The position numbers and the translations under genes were made by a program. A DNA stretch of 64,000 nucleotides from an uncultured Candidatus Saccharibacteria bacterium (GTDB taxonomy: Bacteria > Patescibacteriota > WWE3 > UBA101185 > UBA10185): assembly GCA_964385105.1 (NCBI GenBank), contig CAYLMU010000002.1:122583-186582 (forward strand), given 5' to 3'. Under the pieces are notes generated by a model. It was given only the letters and a program-made list of their open reading frames with translations, made no database searches and was not told the DNA's origin. Positions 29,794 to 39,399 of the stretch are shown one piece after another; position 1 is the stretch's first letter; each line of letters begins with the position of its first letter.

Positions 29794-30678
29794 ATGAAGC
29801 TTAATTTTTTAAGGAAGTTTAAAGCAAAAGGTCACAAACTCATCAGGTTTGTAGTTGTTGGTGTAGTGCTTTGCATGGTTTACTTTGTTGTTTCTAATAC
29901 AGATCAACAAATGAGGGCTAATACATTAAAATCAGCACAAGTTGGAAGGTTAGAAAAATTTACAGCTGTAGCAATATTGCCAACTCCAACCATGGTGCCG
30001 CTATTAGCCCCTACCCCGCTTACATTACCGCAGGTTGAGTTTAATAGTGTAGAAGCCTTGTTGGAATTTGATATCCAAACGATTGAAATTGCAGAGCTTT
30101 ACTTGGGGCAAGTGTATGACCAATATGGCCAAGTGCATTCCGCCGCAGCAAATATAAGTGAGCTTGAGATTCCGGTTAGTGAAATTGCATCACCTTGTGG
30201 CGCAGGAAGGAATCTTGTTCGCACCGGGTACGGTTTTAACTGGTATCCGGGCATGAACTGGAGAACTACCGGGGCTAACTACCACCCGGCTCTTGATGGC
30301 AAGTGTGATGATCAACTTGAGATTTATTCGGCGTCAAAGGCGGTTATATGGCGTGTTTTTGAAGATTTACAACTAAGCGACTATAACAGTGTAGCTTTTT
30401 GGTCTTCAGGACGCACCTATGTCGCGTTATCCTACGCACACGTATGGTTTGACGGCAAATTACAGCAAGTATTGTTGGTTTTTGTTTATGGCCATTTACA
30501 ATACCCCCAACCGGGAGAGGTATTTCCCCAAGTCGGTGATATTGTTGAACAAGGTCAGTTATTGGGGTACATGGGTAAAACCGGAAGAGCTACTGGGCCG
30601 CACTTGCACTATGGTATAGGTATTTTGCAAGATGCTCATACGATTTACTGGTTAGACCCTTTAGACTTAGGAGCATAA
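29794..30678 (+). CDS. M23-family metallopeptidase (LytM-like)
   Basis: C-terminal LLGYMGKTGRATGPHLHYGI; N-terminal TM. Confidence 0.7.
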   Translation: MKLNFLRKFKAKGHKLIRFVVVGVVLCMVYFVVSNTDQQMRANTLKSAQVGRLEKFTAVAILPTPTMVPLLAPTPLTLPQVEFNSVEALLEFDIQTIEIAELYLGQVYDQYGQVHSAAANISELEIPVSEIASPCGAGRNLVRTGYGFNWYPGMNWRTTGANYHPALDGKCDDQLEIYSASKAVIWRVFEDLQLSDYNSVAFWSSGRTYVALSYAHVWFDGKLQQVLLVFVYGHLQYPQPGEVFPQVGDIVEQGQLLGYMGKTGRATGPHLHYGIGILQDAHTIYWLDPLDLGA

Positions 30679-30684
30679 AATCTA

Positions 30685-31464
30685 ATGAGACCAAGTTATA
30701 CGGTGGTCGCCTTCTTAGTATTGATACTGATATTTATTGGCATTTTGGCACAAATCTTTAGTGTTGGGAAAATGGGGTTTGGGTATAAAAATAGCAACGA
30801 ATCAAAACCCAACCGTGTAATTATACCAACTATAGAAACACCATCAATTGAGCCAACAACAACAAGCCCTATATTCGAATGGCGAGCCAGAATGTTTGAT
30901 GAGCAGTTTGGTGAACAAATTGTTGGGTTGCACTTAAGCGTTGAGTTAATTAGCGTTTCAGTAGAAACTCTAACAATTGTGAACCGCCAAGAAGCTCCCG
31001 AAACAGGTGAAGTATTTGTTGTTGACAGCGAAAGTTGTGGTTTGTCAGTTTTAAGCGCTGTTGAACTTGCTCGAACTATTGCCCTTGAACGTGGTATCCC
31101 GTGGAACATCTGGGGGCCATTGATTTTGTCTGAAAGTTCATACAGACAGTTTGTTTCAGATGCATACGGAAATTGTACCGTTATTGAGAATTCTATTGGA
31201 GCTTATTGTCTTGCTCAAGTGTATATGGCGGTTCATCCCCAGTACACCAAACAAGCTCTTGCAGACCCCCGTGCATGTTTAAATGCCGGAGCAGACATTT
31301 TGCTTCAAAAGTATTCCCGAACTCAAGATTGGCATGAAGCAGTTGCCCGGTACAAAGGCATAACTCGTGCTGACTTTACCCAACATCGGGATTACAAAAT
31401 TTTTAACAATTACCATGCTGCCGGAGGATTCATTGAACCTTCGGGTTATTGGATTTCATGGTAG
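30685..31464 (+). CDS. secreted hypothetical protein, possible SLT-like lytic transglycosylase
   Basis: TM/signal; ILSESSYRQF (catalytic Glu-Ser) and IGAYCLAQVYM resemble SLT ES...G.MQ blocks. Confidence 0.35.
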   Translation: MRPSYTVVAFLVLILIFIGILAQIFSVGKMGFGYKNSNESKPNRVIIPTIETPSIEPTTTSPIFEWRARMFDEQFGEQIVGLHLSVELISVSVETLTIVNRQEAPETGEVFVVDSESCGLSVLSAVELARTIALERGIPWNIWGPLILSESSYRQFVSDAYGNCTVIENSIGAYCLAQVYMAVHPQYTKQALADPRACLNAGADILLQKYSRTQDWHEAVARYKGITRADFTQHRDYKIFNNYHAAGGFIEPSGYWISW

Positions 31465-31518
31465 CAATTACCCCTCGCTTGTGTGCTTATGTTTTGGCAT
31501 ACAAAAAGAGGGGTTTTT

Positions 31519-32105
31519 TTATATTTCTAAACTGTGCCAAAGTGCTATTGTGCCATAGGTTTTATACGGTTCCCATTTTGCCACAACTTCAGCTATAGCC
31601 AAATCCGACGGATCTTTTATATCATAAACTTTTTCAAATCCTTTTTTTAAGCCTAGATCACCATATGAAAAAACATTTCGGCAGTCCACTTCCCTATTCC
31701 TTTTACTTTTGTAAGTTCAGCAATTACTTCATCATCACTTAATTTCGCAAGATTATTTAGTTTCACTTCTCTGTTGGCCACCTTTTCGGCCAAATCTTTT
31801 ACATATTTTACTTTAGCCCAAGACAAGCCTAAATCTCTTAGTTCCTGATCTGAAATTTTTAGAATTTGCTGTGGCGTTGCTATGTTGTTTGAAAATAAGT
31901 TACTAAATCTTTCTTTAATTGCACGGGCGGCTTTTCCTGATAATTGTTGACCGATTATATTGCTGCACAGATGCGTAAAATAATATTTTTCATCAATTTT
32001 ATCGCCAAACCATTCGTTATAGTTAACATGCTTTGCAACCACATAAATTTTAGGATCATTTTGTTTAAAGTGGTTTATAATTTTAGTAAGCTGTGCATTT
32101 TTCAT
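31519..32105 (-). pseudogene. HhH-GPD DNA glycosylase (AlkA/3-methyladenine glycosylase II-like), disrupted by a frameshift near 31652
   Basis: ORF 31653-32105 ends right after the HhH motif LTKVKGIGKWTAEMF; a different frame 31519-31651 continues GDLGLKKGFEKVYD...AIAEVVAKWEPYKTYGTIALWHSLEI, the expected C-terminus. Confidence 0.6.
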
Positions 32106-32128
32106 TTATTTTTATAATATAATAAATC

Positions 32129-33043
32129 ATGCAAAAAATTACTCCACACTTATGGTATGACACCCAGGCAGCAGAAGCTGCAGAGTTTTATACTTCTATA
32201 TTTCCAAACTCAAGAGTTACAGGCAAAACAACCTTAACCGGAACCCCATCAGGTGACAGTGAAATTGTAACTTTTGAAATTTTAAATTATAGGTTTATGG
32301 CAATAAGCGCCGGTCCATATTTTAAATTTACTCCTGCAATATCATTTACGGTAAACTTTGACCCATCAAAAGATGCTAATGCCGAAGCAAATTTAGAAGC
32401 AGTATGGAATAAGTTAATAGATGGTGGCGAAGCTTTAATGCCACTTCAAAAATATGAATTTAGTGAAAAATACGGCTGGGTTAAAGATAAATATGGAGTT
32501 TCATGGCAGTTAATTCTTACTAATCCATCAGGTGAAGAAAGACCTGAAATAATGCCCTCATTGATGTTTGTAGGTGATTTGTATGGTAAAACTGAAGAAG
32601 CGACTGACTTTTATATTTCTGTATTTAAAAATTCTAAACGAGGTATTATTGCCCGCTATCCGGCAGGTATGGAGCCTGACAAAGAAGGAGCAGTAATGTT
32701 TACTGATTTTCAGCTTGAAGGTCAGTGGTTTACTGCAATGGAAAGTGCGCATGACCATAAGTTTTCTTTTTCTGAGGCGATTTCACTTTTGGTAAATTGT
32801 GAATCACAGGAAGAAATTGATTATTATTGGAACAAGCTTTCTGCCATACCCGAAGCTGAGCAATGTGGTTGGTTAAAAGATAAATATGGAGTTTCATGGC
32901 AAATCTCACCCGTTGCACTTGAAGAAATGTTAAATAATGGTACACCAGAACAAATTAAACGGGTTACCACAGCCTTCTTATCAATGAAAAAATTTAATTT
33001 AGATAAGCTTAACAAAGCTTACGAGGGAGAAACTAATGAATAA
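32129..33043 (+). CDS. VOC-superfamily protein with duplicated PhnB-like domain
   Basis: two repeats each ending [14 protein letters not shown] / [13 protein letters not shown]. Confidence 0.65.
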   Translation: MQKITPHLWYDTQAAEAAEFYTSIFPNSRVTGKTTLTGTPSGDSEIVTFEILNYRFMAISAGPYFKFTPAISFTVNFDPSKDANAEANLEAVWNKLIDGGEALMPLQKYEFSEKYGWVKDKYGVSWQLILTNPSGEERPEIMPSLMFVGDLYGKTEEATDFYISVFKNSKRGIIARYPAGMEPDKEGAVMFTDFQLEGQWFTAMESAHDHKFSFSEAISLLVNCESQEEIDYYWNKLSAIPEAEQCGWLKDKYGVSWQISPVALEEMLNNGTPEQIKRVTTAFLSMKKFNLDKLNKAYEGETNE

Positions 33044-33449
33044 CATGATTACAATACAAACTACAATAAATGCCCCAATCGAAAAAATTTGGGAATATTG
33101 GATAACGCCTGAACATATTGTGGGCTGGGCATTTGCCTCAGATGACTGGGAGTCTCCCGGTGCCGAAAATGACTTTCGAGTAGACGGAAGATTTAAAACA
33201 CAAATGGCAGCCAAAGATAAAAGCGCAGCTTTTGATTTTACGGGGGTTTACACAGCAATTGATGAACACAAAATTATAGATTATACAATTGATGATGGCA
33301 GAAAAGTACATACTGTTTTTGAACAAACTGAAGATGGTGTGCAGGTTACACAAATGTTTGAACCAGAAGGCGTTTATCCAAAAGAAAAGCAGCAAGAAGG
33401 TTGGCAAGCAATTTTAGATAATTTTAAGAGATATGTTGAGGCTAATTAA
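33036..33449 (+). CDS. SRPBCC/AHSA1-family protein
   Basis: [28 protein letters not shown]... Confidence 0.6.
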   Translation: MNNMITIQTTINAPIEKIWEYWITPEHIVGWAFASDDWESPGAENDFRVDGRFKTQMAAKDKSAAFDFTGVYTAIDEHKIIDYTIDDGRKVHTVFEQTEDGVQVTQMFEPEGVYPKEKQQEGWQAILDNFKRYVEAN

Positions 33450-33463
33450 TTGTCTTAATAGGC

Positions 33464-34510
33464 CTAACTACTAACCTGGTCTAACGAAATCCAAGTGCGG
33501 TCTTTTTGAGATTGCTGTTCTTGTGAAAGATTTGCTTTTTCTACATAAACTCTAACTACCAACCTTGGAGTTAAAACATTGTTTTTATCTAAATCAAATT
33601 CTACTTGTCTTGCCACAGTAGCTCCAACATAATCGTCCGCAATTTTTAACTCATTTCTTAATATTCTTAAAATGGTGTCGTTTAAAGTTTCACCTTGTCG
33701 AATTTTATCCATGTACAATAGTGCAGACTTATCCCAGGCAATCTTGAAAAAATCAGACTTTTCTACATCAAATTCAAGAATGTATGGTTTTATAAATACC
33801 TTGCGCCCGGGATTATTTATATTAAATCCGCTAAAATTCAATATTTTAAATGGCTTGTTGTAGTATTCATAAAAGTTTGTTGGTACAAGTCCAAAATCAA
33901 TCTTTCTTACAAAATCCTCAATGTCTTCAGCAACTTTAAAACTCATTTCTTTTGTAGCAGGAGGATCGTTTTCTGTAAGTATAAAGTGGTATAACAAATT
34001 ATCATTCACAAAATGTATAGTGTTGTCAGTTAAATTTTTGCAATAATAATGATAACTGCCATTTATTAAAAAAATCGGCTCCAAATTAAACCTTTTTAGC
34101 ACTCTTACAGCTTTTTCATGGTTTTCACTTACAAATGAAGCACAATCGATAAGTTCCATGTCACGCGGTAATAGGCATTTGTAAAAAGTGCTATAAATTC
34201 TCATCTCAAATTGAGCAATAAATCTTCGCAGTAAATCCGGAGTTACAAAGTCTGTTTGAGTTGTTTCTATTACAATGCGATTTTTGGGTAATTTCGTAAG
34301 TTTTAACTGTTCATCGGTTGTAATTTCTTCAAAAGTAATTTTTGCTTGATATGGATTGTTGTTGTAATACAAGTATGTAGTATCGGGTTCTCCTTCAGGT
34401 GCGTTAATTATTACGCCCTCAAGTTCATTTAAAACTGATAATAATTTACTTAAATTTTCTGAAGTTATTTGCTCGTTTGGTTTGAATATGTGATATGTAA
34501 CTTTGTTCAT
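33464..34510 (-). CDS. hypothetical protein
   Basis: 348-aa ORF, host-like AT-rich codon usage, 4-nt overlap with upstream ORF. Confidence 0.5.
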   Translation of the reverse strand: MNKVTYHIFKPNEQITSENLSKLLSVLNELEGVIINAPEGEPDTTYLYYNNNPYQAKITFEEITTDEQLKLTKLPKNRIVIETTQTDFVTPDLLRRFIAQFEMRIYSTFYKCLLPRDMELIDCASFVSENHEKAVRVLKRFNLEPIFLINGSYHYYCKNLTDNTIHFVNDNLLYHFILTENDPPATKEMSFKVAEDIEDFVRKIDFGLVPTNFYEYYNKPFKILNFSGFNINNPGRKVFIKPYILEFDVEKSDFFKIAWDKSALLYMDKIRQGETLNDTILRILRNELKIADDYVGATVARQVEFDLDKNNVLTPRLVVRVYVEKANLSQEQQSQKDRTWISLDQVSS

Positions 34511-35091
34511 TTTTCAAGTATATCAGCAATATATAACAAAATCCCTCGTGTAATGTGTTTAACCCTATCTCTAAATCTTGGTGTTCTTAATAAATCAATG
34601 TGGTTATTCCATTTATCAATTGTAACTTCAATTGGATAATATGTTCTATAGTCAAAAATCTTAATTATTGTTAATACGAGTTCCGCAGCAGTAGCATGGC
34701 AGGCAGTTTCATCAGAAACATCAAATTTCTTCCAATAGTTTGGATACAAGTTTGAATTTTTTGTAGGCTCTATCCAGCCCAGTTTAAGCAGTTCATTTTT
34801 CTTATAACTGGATAATTTAAAATCATCCGGATGCTTTTTGGATAACTCACAATGTAAAGTATTTTCTCCATCAGCATAAAACTGAATAAAATAATTGCAC
34901 AAATCTGAGATGTTGCATACAGCAAAATATTCATCATACGTTTCTTCTAAATTGTCTTCAGCCAGAGCTTCCAAATTATAAATTTTGTGGTTGCGTATTG
35001 TTTTTATAGTTTCAGCAAGATGGTAAATGGTATCTGTTGTTTTATATGGTGTAAAGTCCATTTTTTTTGAGTTAATGCTATTATATAACAA
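34507..35091 (-). CDS. hypothetical protein
   Basis: 194-aa ORF co-oriented with 33464-34510. Confidence 0.5.
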   Translation of the reverse strand: MLYNSINSKKMDFTPYKTTDTIYHLAETIKTIRNHKIYNLEALAEDNLEETYDEYFAVCNISDLCNYFIQFYADGENTLHCELSKKHPDDFKLSSYKKNELLKLGWIEPTKNSNLYPNYWKKFDVSDETACHATAAELVLTIIKIFDYRTYYPIEVTIDKWNNHIDLLRTPRFRDRVKHITRGILLYIADILEK

Positions 35092-35102
35092 TAAGATAAA
35101 TT

Positions 35103-35540
35103 ATGACAAAAATAAAGAATATAATATATTGGGCTACTACAGTATTTCTCGCATTAGGTCTTTTTGGTACAGGAATACAACAATTGATGAAAGTTGAAGC
35201 AGAGGGCGCTTTAGGCCCCCCATTTGCTTGGGGTATCGTACAGCTGGGTTATCCTGTTTATATTTTGACTATTTTGGGAACATGGAAGATTCTCGCTGTA
35301 TTGGCATTACTGTCACCTAAATTCCCTTTAATTAAAGAATGGGCATACGCAGGAATATTCTTTTTATTAACCGGAGCATTGGCTTCTCACTATTTTTCAG
35401 GTCATCCGTGGTATGAATTTATTCCCGCAGTTATTCTTTTGATTTTTTCAATGATATCTTGGTATTTTAGGCCTGATGATAGACGGGTTGACAAAAAAAG
35501 CGTTGAGAATAACGTTACTGTGAGTCAAAAAACATCTTGA
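35103..35540 (+). CDS. DoxX-like membrane protein
   Basis: 145 aa, 4 TM. Confidence 0.45.
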   Translation: MTKIKNIIYWATTVFLALGLFGTGIQQLMKVEAEGALGPPFAWGIVQLGYPVYILTILGTWKILAVLALLSPKFPLIKEWAYAGIFFLLTGALASHYFSGHPWYEFIPAVILLIFSMISWYFRPDDRRVDKKSVENNVTVSQKTS

Positions 35541-35591
35541 AAAAAAGAAATAAAATAGAAATCGTTCTAATTGCAGCCATATAACAAAATT

Positions 35592-35882
35592 ATGTGATTG
35601 GCAGTAAAGGTGATTTGCCCTGGGGTAAAATACTCACTGATTTAAATCATTTTAAGGTTATGACTAGTTGGTTTTCCTAACCCGTAAATCTCAGCGACAG
35701 AATTTACATTGTTTTATCTCAAAGTCTTCAAACTACGTCTGAAGTTGTTGTTGTAGAATCATATGATAAAGCTCTTATATATTGCCATGAAATAAATGCA
35801 GAAAGAGTTTTTGTTATTGGTGGCTCAAGTGTGTATAAACTGGAACATGCGCTACTTTTAAAAAAAAGCAAAAATATATCAA
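35592..35882 (+). pseudogene. folA: dihydrofolate reductase remnant (in-frame stop, internal deletion, truncated ends)
   Basis: reads VIGSKGDLPWGKILTDLNHFKVMTSWFS*PVNLSDRIYIVLSQS...ERVFVIGGSSVYKLE: DHFR LPW and VFVIGG blocks, stop at 35676-35678, missing the segment between them; absent from ORF track. Confidence 0.6.
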
Positions 35883-35901
35883 AAAAACCGTGAGACCATG
35901 G

Positions 35902-38900
35902 TTAATAAATTAAAGAAACTGTTGGAAACTCAAATTCTTTTGCAATCTCAACAAAAAAATCCGATTTAACTTTTAATTTTTTTGTTTTATCTAAATCACT
36001 TAAATATCCCTTATATGCAATGTTAAGAGCAGCCTGAACATCGGCATCACTAATGTTTTGACAGTCTATGAAGGGGCATATAAATAAGGCACTATTACCA
36101 CGATTTTCGTAAAATGTTTCAAAATTCAAATTATTAATTTTTAGATATTCCGCATCTTTGGGTGGACGCATAAATTCATATACGCATGTCTTCAATTTTG
36201 ATCCCGGTATATTTGGACCTATAATATCTTTGGAAAAAAACAGTAATTTCTGACCGTTTATATCTGCCTTATAAATATTAGAAGAATCAACATATTTAGA
36301 TGTTTTATATTCTCTTGATGTATCAATATACTTTAAGGGTGAACGTCTGCATTTAGAGCATGTTTGACTTGTTCCATATGCACTTATGTGATTTCCAACT
36401 AATTGGTTTTTGCCCCAGACTTTTTCGCGCTCAGATTTATCAGCATCATTTCTGCCAATGACATCAGTTTTTTTGATTGAGTGATAAATTTTTGCTACTC
36501 TATTACCTGCAGTCTCAAAGGCCGATATCTCATGCTCGTATATTGGTTTTGCATCATATTTCAAAACTAAATCATGAATACGATTTCTTATACCATTTTG
36601 TGCAGATTTTCTTATTCTGCTTAATGCTGAATTAGGAACTGTGAATGTTCCGGTTATTTGCTGATTTTTTATGATATCAATATGATCTCTTATTTTTCTA
36701 ATTTCAGCACTGTAAATAAAACCAGTGTCTACTGTAGTTAAAGCACCTTCAGCAGATAATACATAATATGCCACACCATATTCACCTATATCAAGTCCTA
36801 AATATTTTTTTGCTATTTCAATATTTTTATTAATTTGCGGTTTCTCATTTGGGTTAATATTAAATGGTTGATTAAAATATATCGATTGACTTATCTCAAT
36901 TAGCTCAATTTTACCAGTAAGAAAGTTACAATCAGCATTGTATGTTATTTCTTTAACAATTTGAGGTTCGTCTCTTGTTATATGAACCTTACCCTTTCTT
37001 TTTTGGTCACTCATGAACCATTCAAGGAATTGTCGCTGGTACCTTGAAGTTTTTATTTGGAAAAGATTTATTAACTGTGAATTCTCATCTATTTTGAATT
37101 TATTTGGACTCTTATCAACAGTCTTTTTTACGTTGTATATTTCAAGTTCTGTGAATTGGTTTTTCGTGTTTAGATTGGGAAAACCAACAAAGAAAGCATA
37201 TTTGGTCTCATCTTTGTTTGAAGAGTAATATATGGGGAATTTCTTTTCAGAATTCATTACCTGTGCAACTTCTCGAATATTAAATGTTTTCCTACTAGTC
37301 TGGTTAAAAATACCTCTAACTTCAGAAAATAGAATTGAATTTAATATATAAAAGACTGCATTCTTATCTAATTTGCCGTTTGTTAGAAAAAGAATATTTT
37401 TTAAATGATCAAAATATTTATGAGTAATATTCAATTCAATAAAGTCAAAATTATGTAAGTGCACAAACCATGATGTGGTAAGTTTTTTCATTTCGATATA
37501 ATCAATTCGCTGCGCTGAGTTTAAGTTTTTCCAATCTTTAGTATCATCTAACTCATTGTATAGTTTTTCTAGTTCTGTGTTGAAGTCGCTAATAACCATT
37601 AATATATTTAATATTTTTCTATTTTCTCTTTTTGAATATTTTGATTTATATATTATTTCATATTTTTTGTTCGGAATTTTACCGCAGTATCTTACAAGAA
37701 TTTTCTCCACTTTGTTTTTATACATATTTGTATTAAGTTTATTGTGTAACCTTGAAAGTTTTTCTAATTGGTATATGAAGTAATCACTTTCAACTAATTC
37801 CATTTTTTGTGATGTGTTCATGATTTCGTTTTTTATTATCTCTACAATCTTAAAAGCTTCATCACATCTAATTGCAAAGTTGATATACTTTGAGTTTAAT
37901 TCTTTTTTTGATTCACCATAAAACTTTGGCAAGTATTGGACTTTTTTAAATAGGTTTGGCAAGATCTTATCAATGGTTATCTCTGTTAACACTATTTGTA
38001 AGTGCTCATCTTGATTAATTTTTTCTGTATTATCTTTTTTGTTACCTTTATTCTTTTTTCCTATTTCTTTAGCAAGATTATACTTTTTATTATAGAAAAG
38101 TTTGCCCGACTGGAAATGTCTATTAGTTAATGATTTGATGTTTCCCAGTAATTCAACATAGGTGTTAAATACATCTATGTTAGTTGTATTTTCCGCGGCT
38201 TCTAGTGCAATTAATATTAAAGACTCTAAATCCTTTAAATCACTTTTTTGTACTTCCTCTAGTAGCTCCTGCAATTCGCTTTTTTGTTTAATTATTTGTT
38301 CATGAGATTTAGCTAAGTAATTATTGTAGTTTGAATACCAAGATTTCAGTTTACCCGAGAAAACACTTCTATATTCAGCCCATGTAGTTGCTAACATTGG
38401 TTGTGGCAGTAATTTGGCTCTATTAGATAGAAAGTCCAATCTCTTTTGTAATTCAGCTTCATTACCGACCCATAAGTTTCCAGTAGATAACATTTCATCA
38501 AAGTACTTTTGAGTGTTGCTATTTCTTAAATCATTAATTACTGCGTTAAAGTAGTTTGATAATGCATTTCCATTACTACCGATTCCCAGAAGGTTTTCTG
38601 TATCGTTATTTAAAGCAGTTATCCTACTAATGGCATCAAGTGGCGTCAGCCCTTCAACTAAATTCAAAGAAGGATATATATAAAAAGTAGTACTATATGA
38701 TATATTTTCCGAGTTTATTTCTGTATAGCCAAATGCTTTAGCCAAAATTTCATTCTGTTCTATTTTAGATTTACCAATTATTGAATGTGCTGTATTTTCA
38801 ATTATATTAGTAATCTCTTTGTCATTTTTAAAATCGTCTTTAACAAATTCAAGTAATTGTTTTTTTATTGATTTAGGTGTGCTTGTAGTTTTAAATACAC

Positions 38901-39303
38901 TCTTTAGAAACACTTTTTTAATAAAGCTTACTTCTATTAACTTATTGCGCAAGTCTTCCGGAATTGTGTTAAATGACAGAACATAGGGGTTTGGAATGTT
39001 AGATAAGTCATGTATTAGAGCAAACATTTCCGCAGTGCTCTGCTGAAAAATTACACCAGCACGTAAACTGTCAAGCCAAAAATCTAATAATGAGTAAACT
39101 TTTTGATGTGATAAGTATTGATCTATATTACCTATGCCATCTAAATAAATTGAATCGTGATGAATAGCACCTGATAATGAATTGAAAAGTTCTTGATCTT
39201 GTGTTCTAAGTGGGTATTTTATAGTTCTCTTTATCTTACCACCGACATATTCTGCTCTTTTTGCATGTAGTGTGTATCCTGTTTTACCTAAATATTTTTT
39301 CAT
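35902..39303 (-). CDS. type V CRISPR effector, Cas12 family (Cas12d/CasY-like), 1133 aa
   Basis: RuvC-I KYLGLDIGEYGVAYYVL, RuvC-II PIYEHEISAFETAGNR, zinc ribbon TCSKC...CPFIDC, RuvC-III NISDADVQAALNIAYKGY; N-terminal 800 aa without recognisable domains; abuts the CRISPR array; cas1 lies on the array's other side. Confidence 0.8.
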   Translation of the reverse strand: MKKYLGKTGYTLHAKRAEYVGGKIKRTIKYPLRTQDQELFNSLSGAIHHDSIYLDGIGNIDQYLSHQKVYSLLDFWLDSLRAGVIFQQSTAEMFALIHDLSNIPNPYVLSFNTIPEDLRNKLIEVSFIKKVFLKSVFKTTSTPKSIKKQLLEFVKDDFKNDKEITNIIENTAHSIIGKSKIEQNEILAKAFGYTEINSENISYSTTFYIYPSLNLVEGLTPLDAISRITALNNDTENLLGIGSNGNALSNYFNAVINDLRNSNTQKYFDEMLSTGNLWVGNEAELQKRLDFLSNRAKLLPQPMLATTWAEYRSVFSGKLKSWYSNYNNYLAKSHEQIIKQKSELQELLEEVQKSDLKDLESLILIALEAAENTTNIDVFNTYVELLGNIKSLTNRHFQSGKLFYNKKYNLAKEIGKKNKGNKKDNTEKINQDEHLQIVLTEITIDKILPNLFKKVQYLPKFYGESKKELNSKYINFAIRCDEAFKIVEIIKNEIMNTSQKMELVESDYFIYQLEKLSRLHNKLNTNMYKNKVEKILVRYCGKIPNKKYEIIYKSKYSKRENRKILNILMVISDFNTELEKLYNELDDTKDWKNLNSAQRIDYIEMKKLTTSWFVHLHNFDFIELNITHKYFDHLKNILFLTNGKLDKNAVFYILNSILFSEVRGIFNQTSRKTFNIREVAQVMNSEKKFPIYYSSNKDETKYAFFVGFPNLNTKNQFTELEIYNVKKTVDKSPNKFKIDENSQLINLFQIKTSRYQRQFLEWFMSDQKRKGKVHITRDEPQIVKEITYNADCNFLTGKIELIEISQSIYFNQPFNINPNEKPQINKNIEIAKKYLGLDIGEYGVAYYVLSAEGALTTVDTGFIYSAEIRKIRDHIDIIKNQQITGTFTVPNSALSRIRKSAQNGIRNRIHDLVLKYDAKPIYEHEISAFETAGNRVAKIYHSIKKTDVIGRNDADKSEREKVWGKNQLVGNHISAYGTSQTCSKCRRSPLKYIDTSREYKTSKYVDSSNIYKADINGQKLLFFSKDIIGPNIPGSKLKTCVYEFMRPPKDAEYLKINNLNFETFYENRGNSALFICPFIDCQNISDADVQAALNIAYKGYLSDLDKTKKLKVKSDFFVEIAKEFEFPTVSLIY

Positions 39304-39399
39304 TTATTTTAAAAAGCATATTCGAGAAGGAAGAAGGCATTCTAATAGCACAGGCTATTAGGGACTCCCTTTAATAATCGGTATTTGAAGGGTTTACTC

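Noticed and set aside
31460-31520. CCCCTC...GAGGGG + T7 as a terminator
   Set aside because: Stem arms are separated by a 27-nt loop, so hairpin stability is doubtful; not listed as a feature
33464-35091. Two co-oriented hypotheticals near the CRISPR locus as CRISPR accessory genes
   Set aside because: Separated from the effector by a DoxX gene on the opposite strand and the folA remnant; host-like composition; no nuclease or RNA-binding motifs seen
35902-39303. Alternative reading of the large RuvC protein as a transposon-borne TnpB/IS200-605 element
   Set aside because: 1133 aa is far larger than TnpB (about 400 aa); no terminal inverted repeats or tnpA nearby; direct adjacency to a CRISPR array and cas1 favours a Cas12 effector
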